From Sporichthyaceae bacterium (GTDB lineage Bacteria > Actinomycetota > Actinomycetes > Sporichthyales > Sporichthyaceae), in NCBI GenBank assembly GCA_036493475.1, contig DASXPS010000171.1, positions 1 through 26,929 on the forward strand: DNA of 26,929 bases, written 5' to 3'. A model generated the notes under the pieces. It saw only the letters and a list, made by a program, of their open reading frames with translations. It searched no databases and was not told the DNA's origin. Positions 7,858-16,114 of the stretch are shown piece by piece. Positions within the stretch are counted from its first letter, which is position 1; every line of letters begins with the position of its first letter. A program made the translations under genes and the position numbers.

Positions 7858-8399
7858 GAGTTCGAGCTGGCCGCGATGAAGTAGATGGTTCCTACGATCA
7901 CCCCGATGACCGCCGCGGCGATCGCGAAGTTGCGGGCCTTCTGGGACGCCTCGACGGCACCGGCGTAGTCGCCGGCCGCGTATTTCACGTTCACCTGGTT
8001 GGCGAACACGATCGCCGCGATGCCCAATGGCAAGCAGCACAGGATCGTGCTGGCGATGGCCCACGGCAGGTAGGTGCTCGGCTTGGGTGTCGCGGACGTG
8101 CCGTAGGGGGTGCCGGTGTAGGGCGGGGGTGGGCCGGAGCCGGGCGGGGCGCCGTAGGGCGGCGGCGCCTGTGGCGGCGGGGCGTAGCCGGGGGGCGGCG
8201 CCTGCGGCGGCGGGGCGTAGCCGGGGGGCGGCGCCTGCGGCGGCGGGGCGGCAGGCGGTTGGTACGGCTGCTCCCACGGCTGCGGGCCGGGCGGCGGAGC
8301 GGCGGGTGGTGGCGGTGGCGGTGCCGGCGGCGGCGGCGGTTCGGACGACTCGGGTGGCGGTGCGAACGGGTCGTTGGTTTCGTCCCCGGATTGACTCAT
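7854..8399 (-). CDS. CD225/dispanin-family membrane protein with a proline-rich N-terminus.
   Basis: C-terminal YLPWAIASTILCCLPLGIAAIVFANQV... matches the CD225 / interferon-induced TM fold. SD GGAGAGG upstream of the ATG at 8399. Confidence 0.75.
   Translation of the reverse strand: MSQSGDETNDPFAPPPESSEPPPPPAPPPPPPAAPPPGPQPWEQPYQPPAAPPPQAPPPGYAPPPQAPPPGYAPPPQAPPPYGAPPGSGPPPPYTGTPYGTSATPKPSTYLPWAIASTILCCLPLGIAAIVFANQVNVKYAAGDYAGAVEASQKARNFAIAAAVIGVIVGTIYFIAASSNS
8161..8255. repeat. 33-nt tandem direct repeat, about 2.9 copies, inside the CD225 gene. Encodes PPPGYAPPPQA repeats.
   Basis: ggcggcgcctg[t/c]ggcggcggggcgtagccgggg read three times consecutively. Confidence 0.8.
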
Positions 8400-8423
8400 C
8401 GCGGCCTCTCCGCTCGTTGGGCG

Positions 8424-10976
8424 CTACCACGAGCCTACGTGGACCACCCGCAGCACGGCAGCAGCCTGCTCGTCGGAGGCGGCCAGGTCGACCTCGGCGC
8501 GGATGCCCCAGTCATGATCACCTGACGGGTCGTCGAATATTTGCCGCACTGTCCAGATGCCGGGTTGGCCGTCGGGGGAACGGTCGACGACCAACAGGTG
8601 CGGGCCGCGCGCGGCGGGCCCGGTGGGTAGTGGGCCGTGCATGGCGGTGTAGTCACCGATGGCGGCGGCCCACTCCGGTGCGCCCCAACTCTGGTCGCCA
8701 TCGAGCTCTTGAAGTTCCGCCCAGCGATGGCGGGAGGCAAGCAACACCCGACGGAACAACGCATTGCGCACCAACACGGTGAACGCCCGGGTGTTCTTGG
8801 TGATCGGCGGGGGCGGGGGTGGTTCGACGGGACGTTCCCGGGTCGGCAGCGCGCCGGCCACCAGCGCCTCCCACTCGTCGAGCAGGCTGGAGTCGGTCTG
8901 CCGGATCAGCTCACCGAGCCAGCTGATCAGATCGTCCAGGTCCTCGGTCTTCTCCGCCTCCGGCACGGTCTGCCGCAGCGCCTTGTATGCGTCGGACAGG
9001 TAGCGCAACACCAGGCCCTCGGCGCGGGCGAGTCCGTAGCCGGAGACGAACTCCCCGAACGTCTGCGCCCGTTCGGTCATCTCGCGCAGCACCGACTTGG
9101 GCGACAGTGGGTACTCGGCGATCCACGGGTGGCCCTGCCGGTACATCTCGTAGGCGGCCTCGAGTAGCTCGGCGAGCGGCTGCGGCCAGCTGACCTCCTC
9201 GAGGCGCTGCATGCGTTCGTCGTACTCGACTCCGTCGGCCTTCATCGCCGCGACGGCCTCCCCGCGGGCGGCCTTCTCCTGCGCGAACAGCACCGGGCGC
9301 GGGTCCTCCAACGTGGCCTCGAGCACCGATACGACGTCCAGGGTGTGCGTATCGGAGGTTGGGTCGAGTAGGTCGAGTGCGGCCAGCGCGAAGGATGACA
9401 ACGGTTGGTTCAGCGCGAAATCCGCCTGCAGATTGACCCTGAGCACCACCCGGCGGCCGGTCGCGTCCGGCGCCGGCAACTTCTCGATGACCTCGGCGGC
9501 CAGCAGTTCACGGTAGATGGCGATGGCCCGGCGGATCATCGCGTTCTGCCGGTGCCGATCCGAGTCGTTCTCCCGCAGCAGGCGGCGCAGGTGCGCGAAG
9601 CCGTCGCCGGGGCGGGCGATGACGTTGAGCAGCATGGAGTGGGTGACCCGCATGCGGGAGACCAGTGGCTCGGGTTCGGCGGCCACCAGTCGGTCGAAGG
9701 TCTCCTCGGTCCAGGACACCTTGCCCTCTTCCGGCTTCACCCGCTGCACCCGCTTGAGCTTCACCGGGTCGTCGCCGGCCTTGGCCACCCGTCGGGCGTT
9801 CTCCACCATGTGCTCGGGGGCCTGCACCACCACGTAGCCCACGGTGTCGAAGCCGGCCCGCCCGGCCCGACCCGCGATCTGGTGGAACTCCCGGGCGCGC
9901 AGCAGGCGGGTGCGCTGCCCGTCGAACTTGGTCAGGCCGGTGAACAACACGGTGCGGATCGGCACGTTGATGCCGACGCCGAGGGTGTCGGTGCCGCAGA
10001 TGACCTTGAGCAGGCCGGCCTGGGTCAGTTGCTCGACCAGCCGGCGGTACTTGGGCAGCATGCCCGCGTGATGCACGCCGACGCCGTGCCGCAGCAGCTT
10101 GGACAGCGTCGCGCCGAATCCCCGGGCGAAGTGGAAGTCGCCGATGCCCGCCGCGACGGCATCTTTCTCCGCCCGCGTGCACAACGTCACCGAGAGCAGC
10201 GCTGAGGCCCGTTCCATGGCCTCGGCCTGGGTGAAATGCACGACGTACAAAGGGGCCTGACGCGATGTCAGCAGGTCGGCGATCGTCTCGTGCACCGGGG
10301 TCAGCGCCCAACTGCTGTGCAGCGGGACGGGGCGCACCGCGGAGGACACCACCGCGGTGGACCGGCCGGTGCGCCGGATCAGGTCGTCGCGAAACCGACT
10401 GACGTCGCCGAGCGTGGCGGACATCAGCAGGAACTGCGCGTCGGTGAGCTCGATCAGCGGCACCTGCCACGCCCAGCCCCGGTCCGGCTCGGCATAGAAG
10501 TGGAACTCGTCCATCACCACCTGTCCGACGTTGGCCGCCCTCCCCTCCCGCAGCGCGATGTTGGCCAGTACCTCCGCGGTGGCGCAGACGATCGGTGCGC
10601 CGGGGTTCACCGCGGCGTCGCCGGTGAGCATGCCGACCCGTTCCGCGCCGAACAGATCACACAACGCGAAGAACTTCTCCGAGACCAGCGCCTTGATCGG
10701 GGCGGTGTAATACGTGCGTCGGCCCTCGGCCAGCGCCGCGAAGTGGGCCCCGGTGGCCACCAGGGATTTGCCCGACCCGGTCGGGGTGGTCAGCACCACG
10801 TTGGAGCCGGACGCCAACTCGATCAGCGCCTCGGTTTGCGCCGGGTAGGGCTCCAGCCCGGTGCCGGTGACCCAGTCGTGAAACGCCTCGAAGATCGCGT
10901 CCGGGTCCGGCTCGGCGGGGAGGGAGTCGACCAGGGCCCTCATCCAATGTTGCTGTGTCGTCATGTCCTGGCCCAT
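8424..10976 (-). CDS. DEAD/DEAH-box (superfamily 2) helicase with a C-terminal DUF3516 domain (Rv3649-like).
   Basis: Walker A TPTGSGKS. DEFH box MDEFHFY. SAT. Motif VI QIAGRAGRAG. About 400-aa C-terminal extension. 850 aa. Confidence 0.85.
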   Translation of the reverse strand: MGQDMTTQQHWMRALVDSLPAEPDPDAIFEAFHDWVTGTGLEPYPAQTEALIELASGSNVVLTTPTGSGKSLVATGAHFAALAEGRRTYYTAPIKALVSEKFFALCDLFGAERVGMLTGDAAVNPGAPIVCATAEVLANIALREGRAANVGQVVMDEFHFYAEPDRGWAWQVPLIELTDAQFLLMSATLGDVSRFRDDLIRRTGRSTAVVSSAVRPVPLHSSWALTPVHETIADLLTSRQAPLYVVHFTQAEAMERASALLSVTLCTRAEKDAVAAGIGDFHFARGFGATLSKLLRHGVGVHHAGMLPKYRRLVEQLTQAGLLKVICGTDTLGVGINVPIRTVLFTGLTKFDGQRTRLLRAREFHQIAGRAGRAGFDTVGYVVVQAPEHMVENARRVAKAGDDPVKLKRVQRVKPEEGKVSWTEETFDRLVAAEPEPLVSRMRVTHSMLLNVIARPGDGFAHLRRLLRENDSDRHRQNAMIRRAIAIYRELLAAEVIEKLPAPDATGRRVVLRVNLQADFALNQPLSSFALAALDLLDPTSDTHTLDVVSVLEATLEDPRPVLFAQEKAARGEAVAAMKADGVEYDERMQRLEEVSWPQPLAELLEAAYEMYRQGHPWIAEYPLSPKSVLREMTERAQTFGEFVSGYGLARAEGLVLRYLSDAYKALRQTVPEAEKTEDLDDLISWLGELIRQTDSSLLDEWEALVAGALPTRERPVEPPPPPPITKNTRAFTVLVRNALFRRVLLASRHRWAELQELDGDQSWGAPEWAAAIGDYTAMHGPLPTGPAARGPHLLVVDRSPDGQPGIWTVRQIFDDPSGDHDWGIRAEVDLAASDEQAAAVLRVVHVGSW

Positions 10977-10994
10977 CCTGCCGGGCGCCGCAGG

Positions 10995-12212
10995 TCAGGT
11001 GGTGAGTGAGGTGCGCGGCACCGGCTTGTCCTGGCGCAGCGCGTTGAACAGGGCCTTGGCACGGGTGGCGTCCCAGCTCAACACGTCGCCGACGCCGGAG
11101 ACTCGGAACACCCGGCCGATCGGCACCGTGGTCGTGGTGCCGTCGTCGTTGAGGGACCGGACCGCCCAGGCCAACTGGGCCATGTCGGTCAGGTGATCAC
11201 CGTCGGCTACCTCGACGGCGCCCGGTCCGTCCGAGACCAACCGGAACGTGTGCACCGGATTGAGCAGGGTCATCGGGCTGGTCGCCTTGTGCAGCAGCGC
11301 GGTGATCAGGGTGCGCTGGTGGTCGACGCGGTCCAGGTCACCGCGGGCCGATGCCCGCGAGCGGCTGTAGCCCAGCGCTTCCTGCCCGTTGAGCGTCTGG
11401 CAGCCGGCTTTCACGTTCAGCGCGGCCTTGGGGTCCTTGGCGGCCTGACTCAGGCACATCGGCACCCCGCCGACGTCGTTGACCAGCTCGTAGAGGCCGC
11501 CGAAACCGATCTCCGCGTAGTGGTCGATGCGGATACCGGTGAGGCCCTCCACGGTTTGCACCAGCAGCTTGGCGCCGCCGAAGGCGTAGGCGGCGTTCAG
11601 CTTGTTCTGGCCGTGGCCGGGGATGTTCACGTAGGAATCGCGGGGCAGGCTGACCAGCGTCGGGCCGCCTGAGTTGGGGATGTGCAGCAGCATCATGGTG
11701 TCGGTGCGCTGCCCCGGCGCGGAGCCGGTGGCCAGCTGCTTGCGCTGCGTCTTGGACAGGCCGTCGCGGCTGTCCGAGCCCACGATCAGCCAGTCCGAGC
11801 CGGGCGTGGACGCGGGTCGGGTGCTCGCCGCGGGCCAGACGTTCTGGCGGTTGAGCCGGTAGTCGCAGATCGCGAACACGACCAACGGCAGCAGCAAGAG
11901 CAGGACCAGCGCGATCGCGAGGCGCTTGCGGCTCAGCTCGGGACGCCGACGGCGGCGCTTGGGCGGCGGCGAAAGGATCATCGTCGGTGATGGGGTGCTC
12001 GATGGCGGCCCCGGCTGGTAGGTCGATGCTGGTGGCGTCATGGTGGCCTCCACCCGCGGCAATGGCGGGAAGAAGTGTCCTGGCGGCAGCACGTTGGTGG
12101 ATGGGCCAGGGGCCGCCGCCTCCCCCTTCGGCGGCGGCCCGGCCGGCTTCGACGAAGTCGGGCCCGATGCGGGCGCGTCGTCCCACATGCGGGGACGATC
12201 CTCCGACTCCAT
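10995..12212 (-). CDS. LytR-CpsA-Psr (LCP) family cell-wall glycopolymer transferase.
   Basis: Pro-rich cytoplasmic N-terminus. TM LAIALVLLLLLPLVVFAI. LCP core GSDSRDG ... RTDTMMLLHIP ... SLPRDSYVNIPGHGQNKLNAAYAFGG. Strong SD AGGAGGA 7 nt upstream of the ATG at 12212. Confidence 0.85.
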   Translation of the reverse strand: MESEDRPRMWDDAPASGPTSSKPAGPPPKGEAAAPGPSTNVLPPGHFFPPLPRVEATMTPPASTYQPGPPSSTPSPTMILSPPPKRRRRRPELSRKRLAIALVLLLLLPLVVFAICDYRLNRQNVWPAASTRPASTPGSDWLIVGSDSRDGLSKTQRKQLATGSAPGQRTDTMMLLHIPNSGGPTLVSLPRDSYVNIPGHGQNKLNAAYAFGGAKLLVQTVEGLTGIRIDHYAEIGFGGLYELVNDVGGVPMCLSQAAKDPKAALNVKAGCQTLNGQEALGYSRSRASARGDLDRVDHQRTLITALLHKATSPMTLLNPVHTFRLVSDGPGAVEVADGDHLTDMAQLAWAVRSLNDDGTTTTVPIGRVFRVSGVGDVLSWDATRAKALFNALRQDKPVPRTSLTT

Positions 12213-12338
12213 GTTCGATCCTCCTGGTCGCGCACCGGTCAGGGCCTACCTGCCCCTCGGGTGCCGACACAACGGATCGTCAGCGGGGCTGGTGAGCGAT
12301 TAACGCCGCAGAGCCCCGAATGATGCGCGAGGAATGAG

Positions 12339-12599
12339 TTAGCGGGCGACGCGCTGGTGGTGGTGATGCTCCACCGGAGCTGCCTGCGCGGGCACCATGC
12401 CACGAACCAGGGAGCCGCGCAGCAGCGCGAGCACCTCGAGCTCGCGGAACCGGCGGTGGCCGCCGAGCGTGCGGATCGAGGTGATCCGGCCCGCGTTGGC
12501 CCAGCGGGTCACGGTCTTCACGTCCACCCGGAACAGCGAGGCCACCTCTGACGGGGTCAGCAGGCGGGAGTCGCTGAGTTCGTTGGCTGCATTCGTCAT
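12339..12599 (-). CDS. BldC-like small MerR/excisionase-family DNA-binding protein (86 aa) with a His-rich tail.
   Basis: LLTPSEVASLFRVDVKTVTRWANAGRITSIRTLGGHRRFRELEVLALL is near-identical in pattern to Streptomyces BldC (LLTPAEVATMFRVDPKTVTRWAKAGKLTSIRTLGGHRRY). ATG at 12599. Confidence 0.7.
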   Translation of the reverse strand: MTNAANELSDSRLLTPSEVASLFRVDVKTVTRWANAGRITSIRTLGGHRRFRELEVLALLRGSLVRGMVPAQAAPVEHHHHQRVAR

Positions 12600-12612
12600 G
12601 ATGCTTCGACGT

Positions 12613-12648
12613 TTGACACCCGTGCCCGGGTTCCACCCGGTTCCCACT
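12613..12648 (+). promoter_or_regulatory. Divergent intergenic region. Contains a perfect TTGACA hexamer (12613-12618) and a tandem direct repeat CCGGTTCCAC / CCGGTTCCCAC (12627-12647).
   Basis: Read directly from the sequence. No convincing -10 element was identified, so the promoter assignment is tentative. The repeat is a candidate operator for the BldC-like regulator. Confidence 0.3.
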
Positions 12649-12722
12649 ATTTGCAGCCTGGATGTCTTCCCGGGTCTCAGGCCGGGCGATGAGGCTCGCG
12701 GCGGGACACTAGCCTGGCGAGC

Positions 12723-14924
12723 GTGCCGGATCGGATTGAGGCGCCGTCGGGCGTTCACCTGCTGGGTGTGACCGTGTGCGGGCCGGCCCCGGTCGGGCGG
12801 GTGCACCTCCCGCTGCACGAGCCGCTGTTGGCGCTTTACGGGCGCAACGGCGTCGGCAAGACCCGGTTGCTGACCGCGGTGATCGCGGCGCTGCGCGGGC
12901 ACCGGACCGACGGCGGGTGGGGCCTGGTGCACATCCACGTGTCCGGCGCGGAAGCCGGGTTGGACCGGCACGGCGAGCTGTGGCGGGACGGACTGGCCCG
13001 CGCCATGCGCGAGCACCTCAACCGGCTGCGCGGGGACGTGGTCGCCCATTTCGCCCGCCGCCGCGACGAGGAGTACGAGGAGGGGCCCGGCGGCGACGAC
13101 TACGTCGAGGTGCTCGAGGACTTCCGCTCGTTCACCGCCGCGGTGGTCGACGAGGCGCACAGCCCCACCAGCCTGCGCGAGCTGGTCGGCGCGCACCTGG
13201 CCGCGCAGCGGATGCTGCTGGACGAGCTGGAGCATGTCGGGGACTTCATGCGCTTCTTCGCGGCGGCTATCAACGAGATCACCGTCGGCGGACACTACGT
13301 GCTGCGCGCGACCGGGGACGCCGACGAGCCGCGCTGGACGGTGTACGCGGCGGCGTCCCCGCAGGACCCGGCCTGCCGGGCGTTGATCGAGCAGGACCGG
13401 GCCAAGGGAGAGGACGACGAGGCACAGGCGGGTGTCGGCGCACCGACGCTGTCCAACTCCGGGTTCCCCTGGCGCGAGCTGTGTGACCTCTCCGACGCGT
13501 TCATCTCCGCCCGTGAACAGGACCCGGACGTGGCCGCGGTCGGCTGGCCGGACTGGGCCGCGGTGCCGGTGTTGGAGGTGGCCACGGTCAGCGCGCCGCT
13601 GGTCGCCATGGTCACCGACGAGACCATTCCCGACGACGTGGACCGGCTCACCCGCGAACACATCCTGCGGGCCGCGGCCGGCCGGGTGCTCGCGTCGTTC
13701 GCCTCCGGCGGCGCGGTGCTGCACCCGGACGTGGAGCCCCTGCTGGAGTCGCTGACCGCGGTCGCCAGCCGGTTCCTGCGCTACGTGTTCCCCGATGCCC
13801 CGGAGCTGGTGTTCGCACCCGGCGATCCGAACGCGTGGCTGGCGGGCCGGCTGCCCGTCTGGGTGGCCCGCTTCCCTGACGGCACGTCACTGCCGCTGCG
13901 CGCGCTGTCCACCGCGCAGAAGCGCTGGGCGTCGCTGTCCTGTGCGCTGGCGGTGTCCATGGCCGCACCGGAGTCGTTGCCGGTGACCTTCCTGTGCGAC
14001 GAACCCGAATCGGGTCTGCACCGGCGCGCGGAGGCCGAACTGCCCGACGCGTTGGCGCGCATCGCCGCGGAGTCCGGCGTGCGCATCGCGGTGGCCACCC
14101 ATTCCCCGGCGTTGCTGGACCCGTCGCGTGCGGTGCTCGTGCACGTCACCCGGGTCGGGTCGGGGGCGGCGGTGGCCCGGCCGATGGACCTGGCGTTGCG
14201 CGCGGAACTGGAACGCGAGTCGATGAGTGAGGACCTCGGGCTGACCCCGGCGGACCTGCTGCAGATGGTGCGCTGCATCGTCATCGTCGAGGGCAAGCAC
14301 GACGAGGTGGTGCTCGGCGGCCTGCTCGCCGAAGACCTGGACATGTGGAGCGTGGTCTACCCGGTGGGTGGGGCCAAGCAGATGGCGTCGCTGGCCAGTG
14401 CGGGTCTGCTGTGGGACTTCACCGATGCGGCCATCGTCATCGTGGTGGACAACATCGCGCGGGCGACGATTGCGCCGGTGTGGGAGAAGGCGCAACGGGC
14501 GATCGCGTCGGGGCGCTTCGCCGCGGCGGAGCGGGCGTTGGTGCCGTTGGGGAAGCTGCCCGGCGCGGAGGCGCGGTGGATGCAGAACCTGCTGCAGCGG
14601 GCCATCCGGGCCAACCGGGCGCACCGCATCCGGTTGGAGACGCTGTCCGCGCCGGACATCATCTGTTACCTGCCCGCGGAGGAGTTCGTGCCCGGCAAGA
14701 CCTGGGACGAGCTGATCGCGGAATGGCGCGAGTCGTTCGGCGACCGTGAGGCGACCAACATCAAGGCGTTCCTGTCCCAGCGATACGACGCAGTGCTCAA
14801 CACCGAGGCGGTCGGCCGGGCGACGGCGCGGGCCAAGCCCAACGGGGAGTTGCGCGCGTTGGGGGCACGGATTCGGGAACTGGCAGCGTTCGGCCCATGG
14901 GCCGGCGAACGATCGGAGGACTGA
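12723..14924 (+). CDS. 733-aa fusion protein: N-terminal SMC/RecF/OLD-type ABC ATPase (AAA_15/AAA_21-like, with a long insertion between Walker A and the signature motif) plus a C-terminal TOPRIM-like (DUF4435/OLD-like) domain. Candidate OLD-family / fused PARIS (AriA-AriB)-like defence protein.
   Basis: ATPase motifs: Walker A LYGRNGVGKTRLL; ABC signature LSTAQKRWASL; Walker B plus D-loop VTFLCDEPESGLH; H-loop VATHSP. TOPRIM-like region: CIVIVEGKHDEVVL (E at 14290-92), then VVYPVGGAKQ, then AIVIVVDNIA (D at 14449-51). The canonical DxD is D-N here. GTG start with a weak SD. Confidence 0.75.
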   Translation: MPDRIEAPSGVHLLGVTVCGPAPVGRVHLPLHEPLLALYGRNGVGKTRLLTAVIAALRGHRTDGGWGLVHIHVSGAEAGLDRHGELWRDGLARAMREHLNRLRGDVVAHFARRRDEEYEEGPGGDDYVEVLEDFRSFTAAVVDEAHSPTSLRELVGAHLAAQRMLLDELEHVGDFMRFFAAAINEITVGGHYVLRATGDADEPRWTVYAAASPQDPACRALIEQDRAKGEDDEAQAGVGAPTLSNSGFPWRELCDLSDAFISAREQDPDVAAVGWPDWAAVPVLEVATVSAPLVAMVTDETIPDDVDRLTREHILRAAAGRVLASFASGGAVLHPDVEPLLESLTAVASRFLRYVFPDAPELVFAPGDPNAWLAGRLPVWVARFPDGTSLPLRALSTAQKRWASLSCALAVSMAAPESLPVTFLCDEPESGLHRRAEAELPDALARIAAESGVRIAVATHSPALLDPSRAVLVHVTRVGSGAAVARPMDLALRAELERESMSEDLGLTPADLLQMVRCIVIVEGKHDEVVLGGLLAEDLDMWSVVYPVGGAKQMASLASAGLLWDFTDAAIVIVVDNIARATIAPVWEKAQRAIASGRFAAAERALVPLGKLPGAEARWMQNLLQRAIRANRAHRIRLETLSAPDIICYLPAEEFVPGKTWDELIAEWRESFGDREATNIKAFLSQRYDAVLNTEAVGRATARAKPNGELRALGARIRELAAFGPWAGERSED

Positions 14925-14926
14925 AC

Positions 14927-16114
14927 GTGGACCTCTCTCTGTCCTCGCGGTGCACGGAATGGCGCGACCGGATCGCGGATTTCATTGCCGAGGTGGTGAT
15001 CCCGCGCGAGCAGGAGGCGTTCATCCGCGGTGTCGACGACGACATGCGGGTTGAGCTACAGGCCGCGGCGCGCGACGCCATGGTGTGGGCGCCACAGGCG
15101 TCGGCCGAACTCGGCGGCGGTGGGTTCGACTTCGTCGAGGCCGCGGTGCTGCTGGAGGAGGCGGGCACGTCGCTGCTCGGCCCGCTGGCGCTGAACTGTC
15201 ACGCGCCGGATGAGGGCAATATCCACATGCTTGACGTCATCGCGACGCCGACACAGAAGGAGAAGTACCTGCGGCCGCTGGTGGCCGGTGAGGTGCGGTC
15301 CTGCTTCGCGATGACCGAGCCCCCGCCGGGGGCCGGCTCGGACCCGTCCGCGCTGCGCACCGTGTGCCGTCGGGTGAACGACGGCTGGATCATCACCGGG
15401 GAGAAGCACTTGATCACCGGCGCCGAGGGCGCGGCCTGGTCGGTGGTGATGGCCAAGGGCGGGTTCGGCTCGGACGGCTCCGAGGGAGCGACGATGTTTT
15501 TGGTCGACACCGATAACCCCGGCTGGGAGGTCAAGGAGCACGCGCGCACGCTGGACTCGACGATGCCCGGTGGGCACTGCCGAGTCGAGCTGCGCGACAT
15601 CCACGTCACCGAGGAGGCAGTGCTCGGCGAGCCCGGCCGCGGGTTCGCCTACGCCCAGGTGCGGTTGGCGCCGGCCCGGTTGACGCACTGCATGCGGTGG
15701 CTGGGTGCGGCCCGGCGGGCGCACGGCATTGCGTTGGATCGGGCGGTGCGCCGGGAAATGTTCGGGTCGCCGTTGGCGCACCACGGCATGGCGCAGGCGA
15801 TGATCGCGGACAACGAGATCGAGTTGGCCGCCGCACGTGCCTTGCTCTGGCAGACCTGTTGGGAGATCGAGAACGGCAAGCCGGGCACCGAGGAGTCCTC
15901 GCGCACGAAGGTGTTCGTCTCCGAGGCGGTGAACCGCATCGTGGACCGCTCGGTGCAGTTGTGCGGCGGCATGGGCACCAGCGAGGAGATGGTGGTCGGC
16001 CGCATCTGGGCCGACATCCGGGCGTTCCGTATTTATGACGGGGCGTCGGAGGTCCACCGCATGTCGATCGCTCGGCACACGGTGAAGCGGGCGAAGGCCC
16101 GCCTGGACGGTTAG
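14927..16114 (+). CDS. Acyl-CoA dehydrogenase family protein.
   Basis: GTG at 14927 with SD GGAGGA (14915-14920), 2 nt after the upstream stop. ACAD motifs: MTEPPPGAGSDPSAL, TGEKHLITG, C-terminal YDGASEVHR. The longer ORF from ATG 14897 overlaps the upstream gene and is less likely. Confidence 0.85.
   Translation: MDLSLSSRCTEWRDRIADFIAEVVIPREQEAFIRGVDDDMRVELQAAARDAMVWAPQASAELGGGGFDFVEAAVLLEEAGTSLLGPLALNCHAPDEGNIHMLDVIATPTQKEKYLRPLVAGEVRSCFAMTEPPPGAGSDPSALRTVCRRVNDGWIITGEKHLITGAEGAAWSVVMAKGGFGSDGSEGATMFLVDTDNPGWEVKEHARTLDSTMPGGHCRVELRDIHVTEEAVLGEPGRGFAYAQVRLAPARLTHCMRWLGAARRAHGIALDRAVRREMFGSPLAHHGMAQAMIADNEIELAAARALLWQTCWEIENGKPGTEESSRTKVFVSEAVNRIVDRSVQLCGGMGTSEEMVVGRIWADIRAFRIYDGASEVHRMSIARHTVKRAKARLDG

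Noticed and set aside
8161-8255. Possible CRISPR-like repeat.
   Set aside because: Tandem repeats with no spacers, lying within a coding region and encoding Pro-rich repeats. This is not a CRISPR array. No CRISPR array was found anywhere in the window.
9405-10470. ORFs 9405..10205 (+) and 9508..10470 (-) inside the helicase gene.
   Set aside because: Antisense or alternate-frame artefacts. The helicase frame has Walker A, DEFH, SAT and motif VI.
11338-12270. 310-aa minus-strand ORF overlapping the LCP gene.
   Set aside because: Alternate frame of the LCP gene. Low-complexity Arg/Ala-rich product.
12339-13724. 461-aa minus-strand ORF antisense to the ATPase gene.
   Set aside because: Only its last 86 codons (12339..12599) form a coherent BldC-like protein. 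The remainder is antisense to the ATPase gene and Arg/Gly-rich.
12776-14624. ORFs 12776..13486 (+) and 13887..14624 (-) within the ATPase gene.
   Set aside because: Alternate-frame artefacts. The ATPase frame has ordered ABC motifs.
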